Positions 52,464 to 64,000 of a DNA stretch of 64,000 bases are shown one piece after another (position 1 is the stretch's first letter; the number at the start of each line of letters is the position of its first letter). Position numbers and translations under genes: made by a program. The notes beneath the pieces are model-generated. The model saw only the letters and a list, made by a program, of their open reading frames with translations. It was not told the origin of the DNA and did no database searches. Origin of the DNA: Prorocentrum cordatum. Taxonomy: Eukaryota. The DNA lies in NCBI GenBank assembly GCA_963575745.1, contig CAUYUJ010000052.1:1-64000 (forward strand), given 5' to 3'.

Positions 52464-55400
52464 CTCCTCCTCCTCCTCCTCCTCCTCCTCCTCCTCCTCC
52501 TCCTCCTCCCCCCCTCCTCCGCCAGTAGGCTTTCTCCGCGCTGGTAAAAAGTGTGAGGGGTGTGCTGAAATTGGTGTGCGAGACGCATGCGGGCGGTGAC
52601 AACAAGGCCTTCGATGGAGTTCCCTATGGGGCCACGAAACGTATGAGGGATGTGCCGAAATTGGTGTGCGTGACGCACGCGGGCGGTGGCACTGTGGCTT
52701 TCGGTGGAGCTCCCTATGTGGCGTGACGCATGCGGGCGGTACCTGGGTCTTCAGTAGAGCTCCGTGGGGCCACGCATCGTGTGAGGGGTGTGTGTGCCGA
52801 AGTGAGGGGGGTGATGGGAGGAGGAGGGGGAGGAGGAGTGAGGGACGCGGGGCGCTGTCTCTTCAAAAGAAGGACCCGACACTACAGGATGGTTGGGTAG
52901 TTTCCGGAGCCGCGGAACATGTCTAATCGTTGCCTGGACAGTGGGATGACGGGACCCCCCCTTGGCGTTTTCTAAGCTTTTGCTCGCGCATTATCCGTGC
53001 TCGCTGTCGGCCAGGGGCCCTAAGCCAGACCTCGCGGCTACGACCAAGCTCTGACCGCCGAGGTTCCGCGGTTAGAACTTGATCTTAAATGGCGATGGAG
53101 CAGGGGGAGGGGGAGGAGGAAGATCAGGCGTATACTCTGTACCCCGTGGGGCAGGCAAATTTATCTTGGCCTCATTTGCCCATGGTGTTCCGCTGCGCCT
53201 GTCCGACTTGATTCGTTGGCCTCTGAGCCTAAAAATGTGTTTTCACGCGCCTTTGTTTCCCCCACAGACGCCACAATCCTAGAATCAAGTCCGCGCGATG
53301 TCAAGGGGCGGCGAGGTCCCGAGGTGGTCCGCGTGGGACCCACCTCCGCTGGGCCTCCCAGGAGCCCGCGAAAGCGGCGACGGTTGCGCAGATCACAGAC
53401 GGCACGAGAGAAGAGGAGAGGGGAACACGGGAAACAGGGGAGAAGGAGGAGAGGAGCAGAGGAGGAGGAGGAGGAGGAGGAGGAGGAGGAGGAGGAGGAG
53501 GAGGAGCTGGAGACCACACTGCTCTATTCAAGACGAGTGCCCAGCACAGGAGGGCTGGGCAGGAAGAGCAGGAGGAGGGCACGAAGGCAGTCGAAGCCTC
53601 GACGCCGCGAGACCCCGAAACCTCGCACGGGCGCCCCGCGGCGCAGCGCCCGGCCGCGCCAGCCCCCTCCCTCCTCGGCGAGCCCGCGGCCACGGGGGGG
53701 GGGGCGGAGGGCCAAAGTTAGGTCGGGCATGTCCCCCTACAGGCCGATGTTCGACGAACAAGGAAAACTACGCAAAAAGTACTCCAACATTACTGCTAGA
53801 AAATACCAGAAAAATCACCCCCATACGCTCTTGGTTGGAACTATGTTTGAATAGTCCTCCTGTAGAGGGACAGGCCCGATTTAAGGCCAAAGGGAGGGTT
53901 GGCCGTCCAGCGCGGCGTCGTCCAGCGTCAGCAGCTGCGACAGGTCCTGGGGCGCAGCCACCGGCGATGCACCAGGCGATCGAAACTCCAGCCATGCCCC
54001 TGCTCACGCCAGGGCGGAACATGCGTGAGATCCTGGCCTCCTCCGAGGCCACGCTCCTGGAAGAACAAACAGCTGGCCATCGCTCGGACGTCCATTCCCT
54101 GTTTTTTTCGGTTTCGGAAGTCCGCGCGGACTTCTCGGATCTGTTGGCGCGCGGAGCGCGCCAGGGGCGGCGCTGGAGGCGCCGTCGGGGGGCCCCAGCG
54201 CGGATCCAAGAAATCCGCGCGGAGCGCCAAAAGTTTATGTTTATGGCGTTTTTCTTCTTCTGTACCCTGCTGCACCTTGCGTCCAGAAGCGGGGGCAGCA
54301 GCAGGGGTATGGATCGAAGGTCGGCCACCGATGCACATGCCGATGCCAGGTCGTCGCCTCCCTACCACGGGTCTGCCTCCAGAGCGGTTCGGAAGACCTG
54401 GATCTGGTCATTGTGGTGCAGTCCCTTTTCTTCCATAAGTTAGACTTCGAATAGAGAACCTGAGGAAAAACTAGACAAACTGTCAAGCAATTCCGGAACA
54501 CTGAGTCCTCCCAAACGAGGAGGGTTCCTTCTTCAGCGGCCCAATTGTAGTCATGGTGCTGGGTCCACTCACGATCAATATGAATTCGCTGCCACTCTTG
54601 ATTAAAGACGCGCCACTGATATCTGGACAGCTCGGAATCTGAAACAAAGCTCGCATTTGGCATGACAAGTCGTAACAGCATTCAGCTATTCAATCCGCGC
54701 TTTGAAGATCGACAAGCATATAACGAACACAAGCATAAGCTGCCACAGGTCCGCGGGGAGTCAGTGGATCGGCATCGGCTGGAGGCGGCGGGGGGATCTC
54801 AACTGCACGGGGCCCCAGACAATCGATCAAGAGGAGGGGAGGATGCCAAATCTGCAAACATCGGTCACCAGACCTCTGCCCGGGGTCCACCTAGGAAAGC
54901 TGTCCCACCCGAGGAGGAGGAGGAGGAGGAGGAGGAGGAGGAGGAGGAGGAGGAGGAGGAGGAGGAGGAGGAGGAGGAGAGAGAGAGGAGGAGGAGGAGA
55001 GGAGGAGGAGGAGGAGGAGGAGGACGAGGACGAGGAGGAGGAGGAGGAGGAGGAGGAGGAGTAGGACAGAACGCCTGCTCGAACCCCGGGCACCTCGGAC
55101 CTCGCCCCCCCCCGCTCCCTGCTCGCTGGAGCCAGTGCGGGACCACGCCTCCGACTCCGAGCCAGCTCCAGTAGGGCGACGAGATCTATGCATACCCACT
55201 GCTCCCGGCCAGGCCAATCCTGGGCCCAAGAGCTGTGAATACGCCCTCCTGGCTTGGCCAGGGAGGCATATACACCGCTCCTGGGCCCAGGATGGGCCTG
55301 GCCAGGAGCAGTGGATATGCATAGATCTCGTCGCCCTATCCAGGTCAGAGGTCCGCGCAGCGTGAGTGGGTTTTGCCGTGTTTGGCCAACACGGCAAAAC

Positions 55401-58400
55401 ACGGCAACACGGGGCCGGCAAAAAAACGGCCCTGTCGTTTCCAGGGCCCACTAGGAGCCAGACGGCGTGCGCCTTCTTCGGGGCGCGAAGCGCGAAGCAC
55501 GAACTTGGACGCCCGAAATGGGTACGGAAACAATGGGTACACTGCCCAACAACAGATGTTGTCCCAAACCAACAGCGGCCGCTGTTGGGCAGGCGGCCTT
55601 CTGTCTCGAGTGGACACAGGCCGCGGCGACGTGGACAGCGAATCCTGTTCAAAGTGAACAGGAACTGCTGTTGGGCATCGTACCCATTCTTTCCGTGCCC
55701 ATTTCGGGCGTCCAGAACGAGGGGAACTCTTTGATGACGCCGCGGAGCCGGCGGGGGAGCTGTCGATGGCACCCGCATCCCGTACTTGAAGCGGGGCGCA
55801 TCCTGCCCAGAGCCCCCTCTTCTTCCTCCTCCTCCTCCTCCTCCTCCTCCTGCTCCTCGTCCTCCTCCTCCTCCTCCTGCTCCTCCTCCATCCTCCTCTT
55901 CCTCCTCCATCCTCGTCCTCCTCCATCCTCGTCCTCCTCCTCCTCCTCCTCCTCCTCCTCCTCCATCCTCCTCCTCTTCCTCCTCCTCCTCCTCCTCCTC
56001 CTCCTCCTCCTCCTCCTCCTCCTCCCCCTCCTCCACCCCCCTCCTCCATCCTCCTCCTCCATCCTCCTCCTGCTCCTCCTCCTTCTCCTGCTCCTCCTCC
56101 TCCTCCTCCTCCTCCTCAATCCTCCTCCTCCTCCTCCTCCTCCTCCTACTCCTCCTCCTCCTTCCTCCTCCCTGGGGTCTGGAGGGGACCGCGACGCGTC
56201 GGAGCGTCCAAGATGTCTCAAACATGGCTCCACGCCGTCTCGCCTCTTGGCTTCCGGTGAGCTTCGGGTTCCCCCGGATGGTGCCAAGATCGCTAGAGAG
56301 AGAGCCCCAAGAGGTGCCCAAGACGGCGCAGTGCCGCCCCGAGCGCCCTCCAAGAGTGCCCGAAAAAACTACACATTTGGCTCCGACGGGAGGGCGTAAT
56401 ACGAGACGCCCTCTCTCTGAATCGATGGCCTCCAAAATGGCCTCAAGAGATCCCTCAGGACCCCCAAGATGGCCAAAACATAGCACAACAGGCTTCCAAC
56501 ATGAACCCAAGAGGGCCCAAATAAGCTGCCAAGAGGCTCCCAAGTAAGCTACCAAGAGGCTGCCGCGAGAGCATGCATGGTTGATTCCAGGGCCTGTTCA
56601 GGCTCAACCCAATCTTCGGTTTGACGGCTGTCCCCCCCGTGGTCAAGTGCTTGCTCCTATACTTCCCTGATCAGGGCAACTCGCCTGGGCATCGTTTCTG
56701 TAGATGGGCTGGTGGGGATACGCGATGCGTCAAACAGTATGCTTACTTGTGCACTGTCTTGTTCTTCGACTGCAGGGGTCGCCTGTGTCGCGTGCGACGC
56801 GATGAGGAGCGGGCACTCGCCTGGCTTCCCGAGGAGTAAGATCAGATAGTGGCCGCCGGATGCCAGAGGGAGCCAAAGACGTCCACGAACCTCGATCCTC
56901 GATCCTCAGACCTCCTGGTGCGGGAGGGGGGCCTGTATCCCGTGCGCCGCGATGACGAGCGCGTACGCGCCGGGCAGGCTGTGCATCTCGAGGAAAGAAA
57001 TCAGATCCTGCAAGGGGGGGATTGAGCAAAAGTAAACTGGGACCGTGTGAAGAGGGGGAAACACCGACTTGGTTGGAATCGGCGATGCATCGCCGATCGA
57101 TCCGCGACAGCCTCCCGATAGCAAAACCGGACGCTCCTGGGCGGGACGGGCTGCCGGGCTCCAAAACTGGCGATCAATGGATCCGGCGCGTGGGCCCCCG
57201 ATCCAAGGATCGGGAAGAGCTCTCCCCCGGCAACACGAGCCCAATGCCGCCTCTGAGCCGGCGGCGGAACGCGCAGACTGTGCCGGGGACACGGGACGTG
57301 TCGCCAGTCCAGGCGCCGTTTGTGCACGCTTGCGCGCTGCCTCGAGATCAGGGGCTGGAGCGTCCTCCCCCGAGCGTGTCCCTCCACCGAGGTTGCCACC
57401 CCCCCCTGGCTTCTGGCCATACCTCTGCGCTCGGGCGGTCGTTCGGGAGGACTCTCGGGCACTCCGGGAACGCTCTCGGCGAGGAGAAGCTGCTGAAAGC
57501 AGTCTCAATTAGGCTGGAGCGCCGACGAGATCCTACGAAAGCGTCCAGCAACCTCGATCCATGGAGCCTTCTGTCTCCCCCCGAACCTCCCTGAATTGTT
57601 GTTTGCGTCTGCGCTTCCTCGAGAATGGGGGTCGAGATCGTTTGCTTGATCCTTACATTGCACAGTTGTGTTCTCGAGCTCAGGCACCTTTCTCTTCGTG
57701 GTCGTGCGCAGGGCTGAACCTAACCGGTGCTTTTCGTTTCCGTTTTGTTGTCGTGCTCCCTCATGTTGTCTTCAGTCCGCCTTTTTCGCGCAAAACGAAC
57801 TCGAAACGAAAACGGCCCACGAAATCACCAAAACACCGTTTATCGCGAGCGGCCAAGAGGGGGGTGTCCAAGAGGGGAGGTGCAAATCATGACCGGCTGC
57901 ATGTGCGCGGCCCAGCGGGGGGGCCAGGGACGTGATGAAATGAGAAGAGGCGCCATGAAATCTGGGGAAATAGCATGGCCCACGCCATGAGATCCCCCCC
58001 CCTAGTCATCACCCCCCTCTTTGCCGCCCCCGAGTTTAGGTCCACCCCTGGCCGTGCGCCCTTCCCCCCCGGGCCTCCCTGGCCCCCTCTCCGGGTGAGC
58101 TCAGCGGGGCCTCCCCGGGCCCTCGTGTTCCCTCGTGTTGTCTTCAGTCCGCCTTTTTCACGCAAAACGAAACCGAAACGAAAACGGCCCACCCCTGGCC
58201 GTGCGCCCTTCCCCCCCGGGCCTCCCTGGCCCCCTCTCCAGGTGGGCTCAGCGGGGCCCCCCCGGGCCCCGCTCCCGCCCCCTGGTCGCGGAGCCCTGCA
58301 TCTTTCGTGGTCGTTCGCCCTCGCACCCGGGGCTTCCTGGTCTCCTCCACCGGCGGCGGGCGAAGGGGGGAAATGAGAAGGAGAAAGCCCTCTCAGAAGG

Positions 58401-61400
58401 TGGCGGGGCTTCTCGAAGCCCTGGCGCGGCTTCCGAGAAGTCTTGGGCTGTCGTCGGGGAAGGCTCAGGAACCTCCGCAGAAGCCCGGGAGGCTTCCAGG
58501 CCCTCTGCGAAGGCCCGCCCCTTCCCACTTCCCCCCCCTCGCTCGCCGCCGGTTTCTGGGGCCGCGGAGCCCACCCGCGGAACCCACGCCTGGCCCCCCT
58601 ACCCTACCGCCCCCCCCCCCCCGCTGGGCATCCCTGGCGCGGAACCCTTCCCTGTCCCTTCTCGCTCGCCCTCGTGCGGCTCCCTGGCATCCTCCCCTCC
58701 TCGGGGCCGCGGAACCCACCCGCGGATGCCACCCCTAGAGGCCTCCTAGATGGGGTCCGAGTAGATGGGGTCGGAGGATGGCGCCGCATCGACGATACAT
58801 CGACGATGCATCGGCGATGCATCGGCGATGCATCGGCGATGCACCAGCGATGCATCGTCGACGTCAGCGATGAATCGGCGACGTCGACGTGAAGCAAATC
58901 GGGCTCCACGTCCAGCCGCATCGGCGATGCGTCGGCGATGCGGCGCGCTCCTTCGACCCCATCTACTCCGGCCCCATCTGGGAGGCCTAGAACCCCTGGG
59001 CCACGCCCCCGCCCTTGGCCCACCGAGCCTGTTCCTGTTTGTGGTCGTTCGGCCCGCCCTTTTCCCCCTCCGCGGCTCCCCAGGCCTCCTCCCGGCGAGG
59101 CCGCGGGGCCCCCCAGCGGAGCCCCGAGGAGGAGGAGGAGGAGGAGGAGGAGGAGGAGGAGGAGGAGGAGGAGGAGGAGGAGGAGGAGGAGGAGGGGGGA
59201 GGAGGAGGGTGAGGGGGGGAGGGGGAGAACGAGGAGGAGGAGGGGGAGGAGGAGGAGGAGGAGGCGCATGCCCCCCCCTGGACCTCCCTGGGCTTCCCTG
59301 CGCATCCCACCCCGGTTGGGCCACGGAGCCCACCCCTGGCCCGCAGCCGGGCCCCGCGCCCGCAGCGGGCCGAGGAACAGTCTGCTTGCACGGTCGCTCG
59401 TCCTCCGTGCTGCGCCGCCCTGGCTCCCCTCCTAAAACAGGGCCAGGATCGGGACAAATCGCTCCAGGGCGTTCCGGAGCGCTCTCAGAGCGTTCCGGAA
59501 CGCTCTGGCGCGGCCGCGGCGCCCAATACATCCTCCAAACCCGCCGATTCTCAGAGACTTCGAATCATCCCGATCCGATTTGGTCCCGACCTTCGCGTCG
59601 TTGTACCTCCCTTTCTGGGCCGCGGAGCCCGCCCGCGGAACCTGCCCCTGGCGCCCCTGGGCCTAGCCCGGGGCCTCCCTGGCCCCCCCCCCCCCCGGGC
59701 GGGCCGCGGAGCCCACCCCGTGGCCCCCTTCCGGGCTCCGCCCCCGCCCCCGGGGGATATGCTGGCGGCGCGCCCCATAGGGGGCGGAGGGGGGGGGGGA
59801 GGGCTTCTCAGAAGGAGGGGGGAGGGCTTCTTAGGAGGAGGGGAGAGGGAGGGGGCTGCTCAGGAGGAGGGGGAGGGAGGGGGGAGGGAGGGGGGAGGGC
59901 TTCTCAGAAGGAGGGGGGAGGGCTTCTTGGAAGGCTTCTCAGAAGGAGGCAGGGGGGATAGCTTCTTAGAGGGAGGGGCGCCTTCTCAGAAGCAGGGGTG
60001 CCTCTAAGAAGCCCTCCCCCCTCCCCCACCCCACCCCCCTCTGCGCGTGGCTGAATAATTATGGGCATGCTCTCCATGCGCTGTCGACACCTCGACAGGC
60101 CGCCGGCCGCCGGCTACGACGTCCCGACCATCGGGAGACTTGCACCCCGGCTGCGCGAGCAAGGAGAGGTCAGCACCGAATGGATGAACCACATATCGGA
60201 CCGACAATTGCGTCGGATGGGGCCGCATCGGCGAGGAGCGAATCGGATCGGCCACACCACGGTGCACAGCGACGTGCAAGCATGGGGCCGCGTCGGATCG
60301 TCGGAACATTGAGAACGAGTCGGATCGAGCCTGCCGAAGTCGATCTGGATTCGGAGCGATCGCATCGGAGTGGGCCTCGAATGGATGTCTGTGCCGGGGG
60401 AGAACCGTGCAAGCTGCGGGTCATCCCTCTCGGCGGCCCAGGGACCAAATCCGGGCAACATCGGTACCCGTACCCCTCCTGGGGTCCAGCTGGCGCAGTC
60501 GTTTACCCTTGCTCCGTTCTTGACGGTCCTGGAGCCCGAAAGCGGCCTACGCTAGGGCTCCCAACTTCGCGCTTCGCGCTGCGCGAAGCGCGAAGCGCGA
60601 ATAACTTCGCGCTCTCGCGCCGCCCTCCCAAAGGGAGAATAGGAGGACGAGGAGGAGGGGGAGAAGGAACGAGGACCGCGAAGCGCGAAGCGCGAATAAC
60701 TTCGCGCCCTCGAGGGAGCCCTTGCCTACGGGGGCAAACAACAAAAACCTTGAACCTCGAAGCAGCCCCTGCCCGAACCCAGTACCTCGAAACGGCCCGT
60801 CCTCCCTGGTAGCCGAATCTAGTGCTGGACCACCGCAGACCCCCACACGGCTCAAAAAATCGTCCTTCTCCTCCGACTCGTCCTCCCCGGACGCAGTCCG
60901 CTCGGCAGACGGGCCCCCTCGGGCCCAAACGTCTGTCGATCGTCTGTCGATCCGCGGGCCCCAAAGGCAGGCAAGACCAGAATCGAATCGATCATAAGTC
61001 GGCTCGACGATCGATGAGCCAAATCGGTGATCGATGGGTCGAATCCGAAGTCGAGCCGAACCGGAATCGGAATCCATCGGAATCGCATCGATGCGGATCG
61101 GGGGAATCCAAACGAGCCGGCGTCGCTGCCTGGGGGGGCGGAAAATGGGGGGCTCACCTCTCGAGCCCTGAAGGCTCGGGCCTCTTGAGGGGCCCTGAAA
61201 GGCTCCTCTTCTGCAGCCCTCGCTGCGCCTCCCAGTGATCGCCCTCCCACTGCGCGACGCCCAGTCGATCCCAACTCCCTCGAGGCAGGTGTCCCTGCTC
61301 CAGATCGGACTCGGAGGGCCCCGAGCCAATGGCCGCTCTGGCGGGGGGCCACTCGGAGGCCTCCCTTGGCCCTCTGGGGATTTTTCTGAGGATCCAGCGC

Positions 61401-61876
61401 TCCAGGAGGGGGGGGGCGGCGCAGCTGGAGGGGGGCGCCTTCCAAGAAAGGGGGTCTTGGAAGGCAGGGACCAGGGCCTTCTTAGAGACGCCCTCGTGCT
61501 TCAAGCAAGCCCTCTGTTCTTTCGCTTGTTGTCCTTAAGCAGGTTGGCAGATCGACACATGCGTTAACAACTAAACCCATCACCCTGCAACGCTTGCCAA
61601 ATATCGAACAAACTCTATAGCCAAACCTGCCGTCACGAGCAAGCTTTCTTGAAATAAGCATTCTTAGACCTCTCCACACCCCTCCGCCTTCTCAGGAAAC
61701 CGCCACCCCGTGCGTTGCCCCCCTGTGCGCGCCGCCAGCATGACCACTGGTATCTCTACTTACCCTTGCCTCGCGGGGGGCAAAGACGGGGGGTCGTAAA
61801 ATGGGGGCTGCGTAGCAAATACACATACACGGCGCTGGTGCTTCCCGGCACCTGGAAGCGCCAGAAGCGGTCATGT
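35322..61876 (-). CDS. Putative multi-exon gene, hypothetical protein (probably continues past the window end)
   Basis: Phase-consistent candidate exons on the minus strand: 61876-61852, 60478-60395, 59419-59371, 56820-56783, 55802-55773, 54032-53973, 47980-47905 (ccag|G...CAG|gtaag), 46985-46914, 41372-41363, 37151-37124, 35453-35322 (TGA). Alternative phasing is possible. Confidence 0.35.
37510..39460. repeat. (AGCCTA/C)n hexamer tract followed by a TAC-rich region with a ~500-bp triplication
   Basis: Anchor ctcgctgcaggca...tactactcatacg at 37896, 38398 and 38891. Confidence 0.75.
41920..44660 (-). repeat. Satellite-carrying element: ~33 copies of a 77-bp unit between a conserved head and tail
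   Basis: Unit gtttcgtggccccatagggagctccaccgaaggtcccagtggcacagcccgcatgcggttcccccacccagggcagc. Related pieces on the plus strand at 18350-18750, 50420-50640 and 52545-52900. Confidence 0.85.
45122..45460. repeat. AT-rich (ATT)n degenerate microsatellite
   Basis: Seen directly. Confidence 0.9.
46385..46901 (+). mobile_element. MITE family B interrupted by a family C element
   Basis: Left end tcaggtcgggcctgtcccccta; the element resumes ccccctacagg at 46753; degenerate TSD accaagct/agcaggct. Confidence 0.75.
46408..46752 (+). mobile_element. Family C element (three ~120-bp units)
   Basis: Same termini ttgggcgcccg...ggggctctga; target cccccta duplicated. Confidence 0.7.
47057..47220 (+). mobile_element. 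MITE family B
   Basis: TIRs; degenerate TSD. Confidence 0.75.
48340..48560 (+). repeat. Dispersed repeat O (cccgctgcaaacatcccacgaaaactggaccgtc)
   Basis: Other copies at ~16970-17170 and ~28310-28505 in the same orientation. Confidence 0.7.
50640..52230 (+). mobile_element. 5'-truncated, decayed non-LTR retrotransposon (LINE): post-RT region, CCHC zinc finger and RNase H
   Basis: CPHCGAPVEDLEHRMWICPRW zinc knuckle, then RNase H motifs WADGS..AGWGV, AQRAE, VVTDS, WVKAH, GNAEADRLA. Frameshift near 51405 and in-frame TAG at 51702-51704. Confidence 0.85.
53718..53884 (+). mobile_element. MITE family B
   Basis: TIRs; TSD ggccaaag. Confidence 0.8.
55172..55338. mobile_element. Fold-back MITE family H
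   Basis: Palindromic; TSD tccag. Confidence 0.85.
57843..58033 (+). mobile_element. MITE family P
   Basis: TIR TCG.GAGCGG...CCGC.CCCGA; TSD gttta. Confidence 0.8.
58737..58990 (+). mobile_element. Family E inverted-repeat element with an internal (CATCGGCGATG)n array
   Basis: Arms gatggggtc.gagtagatggggtcggagg / ccccatctactccg.ccccatc. Further full or partial copies near 16612, 18090, 22485, 27750-27950, 29413-29676, 33058 and 34848. Confidence 0.75.
60552..60724 (+). mobile_element. MITE family A
   Basis: TIRs; 6-bp TSD cctacg. Confidence 0.85.
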
Positions 61877-62578
61877 CTCGAGACACATAGAAAACGGCGG
61901 CGAAACAAATCAGCTGCAAGAAACCGATTACTCAATCCTCCAGATGTCTGTCGACACGTTTAAGGGACGAGGGGATCTTGCACATTGCAAGTTCAGCCTG
62001 GAAGCTCTCTCCTCCCTTGAGGGCCCTATCTTCGACCCACCGAATCTGTTGAGCAAAGGCTGGCCGTCCAGGTATCCCAACATGTCTACTATGAAAAACG
62101 TATTTGTAGATCCACAGAACGCCCACATGACAGAAACAACGTTCATAAACAGGACACCCTAAAACAGAACTGCTTCGACCAGAGATGTCATTGAAGCACG
62201 TGCGACAGGACAGATGAGGTGTTCAACACGTTTTCTGTTGGGGCGTGGGAAGGCCCAAACGCTTTGTCAATGCTCCGAGAGGGAACTCCAGAGGAGTATC
62301 TGACTACCTACCAGACCACCCCAACCCAACCCGAAGACCCGAATTTCGGGTTGGGGGGGGTACGGGTTCCACATGTGTTTTTTCGATGTTTCCCGCCCCC
62401 CCCCCACTGGAAATCGAGGGAAAATCTGACCCTTCGGGTTGGGTTGGGGTGGTTTGGTGGGTGGTGAGTATCGGCTGAAGGGGGGAAGCAATGACCTGGA
62501 ATCGGCGATGCATGGCCGAGACATCGGCGAGAGGCCCCCGACAACCAAACTGCATGGCCCTGGACGTGGTGGGTTTTC

Positions 62579-62745
62579 CTAGGGCTCCCAAGTTCGCGCT
62601 TCGCGCTGCGCGAAGCGCGAATAACTTCGCGCTCTCGCGCCGCCCTCCCAAAGGGAGAATAGGAGGACGAGGAGGAGGGGGGAGAAGGAACGAGGACCGC
62701 GAAGCGCGAAGCGCGAATGACTTCGCGCCCTCGAGGGAGCCCTTG
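62579..62745 (+). mobile_element. MITE family A
   Basis: TIRs; 6-bp TSD gttttc. Confidence 0.85.
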
Positions 62746-62855
62746 GTTTTCGGGACTGTATCGACGAGGAGGAATCGATTGGGGGCCGATGCGTCACCCC
62801 CTGAGCCTGTCCCCCCCCCCCAAACGTTGCGCCCTGGCTTTCGGGCCACAAACCA

Positions 62856-63007
62856 TGGAGGGCCCCAGGACACACCAACAAATATACACACAAAAATAAT
62901 AAGATTCCCCATAGTTTCCTACATTTTCTAGGTTTTTGTCTTCCCCCCCATTTCCCATATTTTCCCATATTTTCCTTGTGTGTGTGTGTGTGTTTTCCCC
63001 CTCCTGA
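62856..63007 (+). mobile_element. MITE family D, diverged
   Basis: Same body; TSD degenerate. Confidence 0.7.
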
Positions 63008-63198
63008 AAACTGCTCCCGGGCGGGCGGCCGTTCGGGACGATCCAGTTAACCCTGGGGCGCTCTCAGCGAGGCGCAGCCGCCCAAGGCCCCCCGGACGAT
63101 GGAAAGCAGACGAGATCCGACGAGACCATCAAGAAACCTGGAACCTGGAAACCGTTCGCCCACTCCTGAACCGAATCCCCCCTGACGTTGCCCCTGAG

Positions 63199-63392
63199 TC
63201 GGGAGCGGCAAAGAGGGGGGTGTCGAAGAGGGGGGTGTGCAAATCATGACTGGCGGCATGTGCGCGGCCCAGCGGGCGGGCCGGGGACGTAAGGAAATAA
63301 GAAGAGGCGCCACGAAATCTGGGGAAATATCATGGCCCCCGCCATGATATCCACCCCCCCCTAGTCATCACCCCCCTCTTTTCCGCTCCCGA
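63199..63392 (+). mobile_element. MITE family P
   Basis: TIRs; TSD ctgag. Confidence 0.8.
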
Positions 63393-63530
63393 CTGAGAGC
63401 CCCCCCCCGGCCGATCCTCGAAAAACGCGGACGACCTCGCCCCGGCCCCGGGAGACGCGAGCGCCGCCAGCGGGGTCCTGGCCCGGGCGGGGGGGGGGCG
63501 CTGCCGGGGCGGTCGGCGGATTCGTCGTCG

Positions 63531-63620
<90 letters not shown>

Positions 63621-64000
63621 CGTCGTCGTCGGCGTCGTCGTAGCGCTCCGGAACGCTTTGCGCATTGCTTTTTCATAAAAGATGTTAAAGGAGGTGTTTC
63701 CCTTTGAGCGGAACCTTTCGGGCTTCACTAAGGGAATTCCCGCTGCAGCGTTGGTTACATCGGATCGGTGGTTTGTTTCCGTCGTTCAAACGAGCGCTGA
63801 CCCCCCGAAATCGACGCGGGATCGGACCGGGCCATGGCAAGCGCATCCAAAATTGAGCAAGCTCTCCGTTCCGACCGCGCGCGCCCCCAGTGACCTTGCC
63901 AGGCTCTTTGCGACAATCGCGGTGTTCGTAAAACGACGTTGCTGTGAGTGCGAGTTTGGGAAAAGCTTCACTCGTGCAGCTAGCAGCGGGAACTTCAATT

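Noticed and set aside
37124..56820. Caspase/CHAT-like His-Cys dyad (IASHA ... IIDYTFCC) in the minus-strand model
   Set aside because: The resemblance depends on which exons are joined and weakens once intervening candidate exons are included. It is not supportable without a transcript.

Overview
This is GC-rich, repeat-dense eukaryotic nuclear DNA. It is most likely a dinoflagellate (inference from a relict DinoSL spliced leader and from short candidate exons with GC donors). Nearly all ORFs in the supplied track are artefacts of microsatellites and repeats. Best-supported coding feature: an intronless steroid 5-alpha-reductase/enoyl-CoA-reductase family gene (22735-23514, minus strand) carrying a genomic spliced-leader relic, i.e. 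a retrogene. Two further multi-exon genes were assembled by hand and are hypothetical: a plus-strand model (822-17887) and a minus-strand model (35322 to at least 61876); they converge. The rest of the window holds at least ten families of ~145-195 bp TIR/TSD-bounded non-autonomous elements (MITEs), two decayed RNase H-bearing LINE fragments, a 28S rRNA pseudogene fragment split by a MITE, a satellite-carrying element with a 77-bp unit, and long microsatellites. The most striking pattern is that unrelated MITE families share a narrow size range, mostly make 5-bp TSDs, and are almost all co-oriented within each family. No CRISPR array or prokaryotic system was found.
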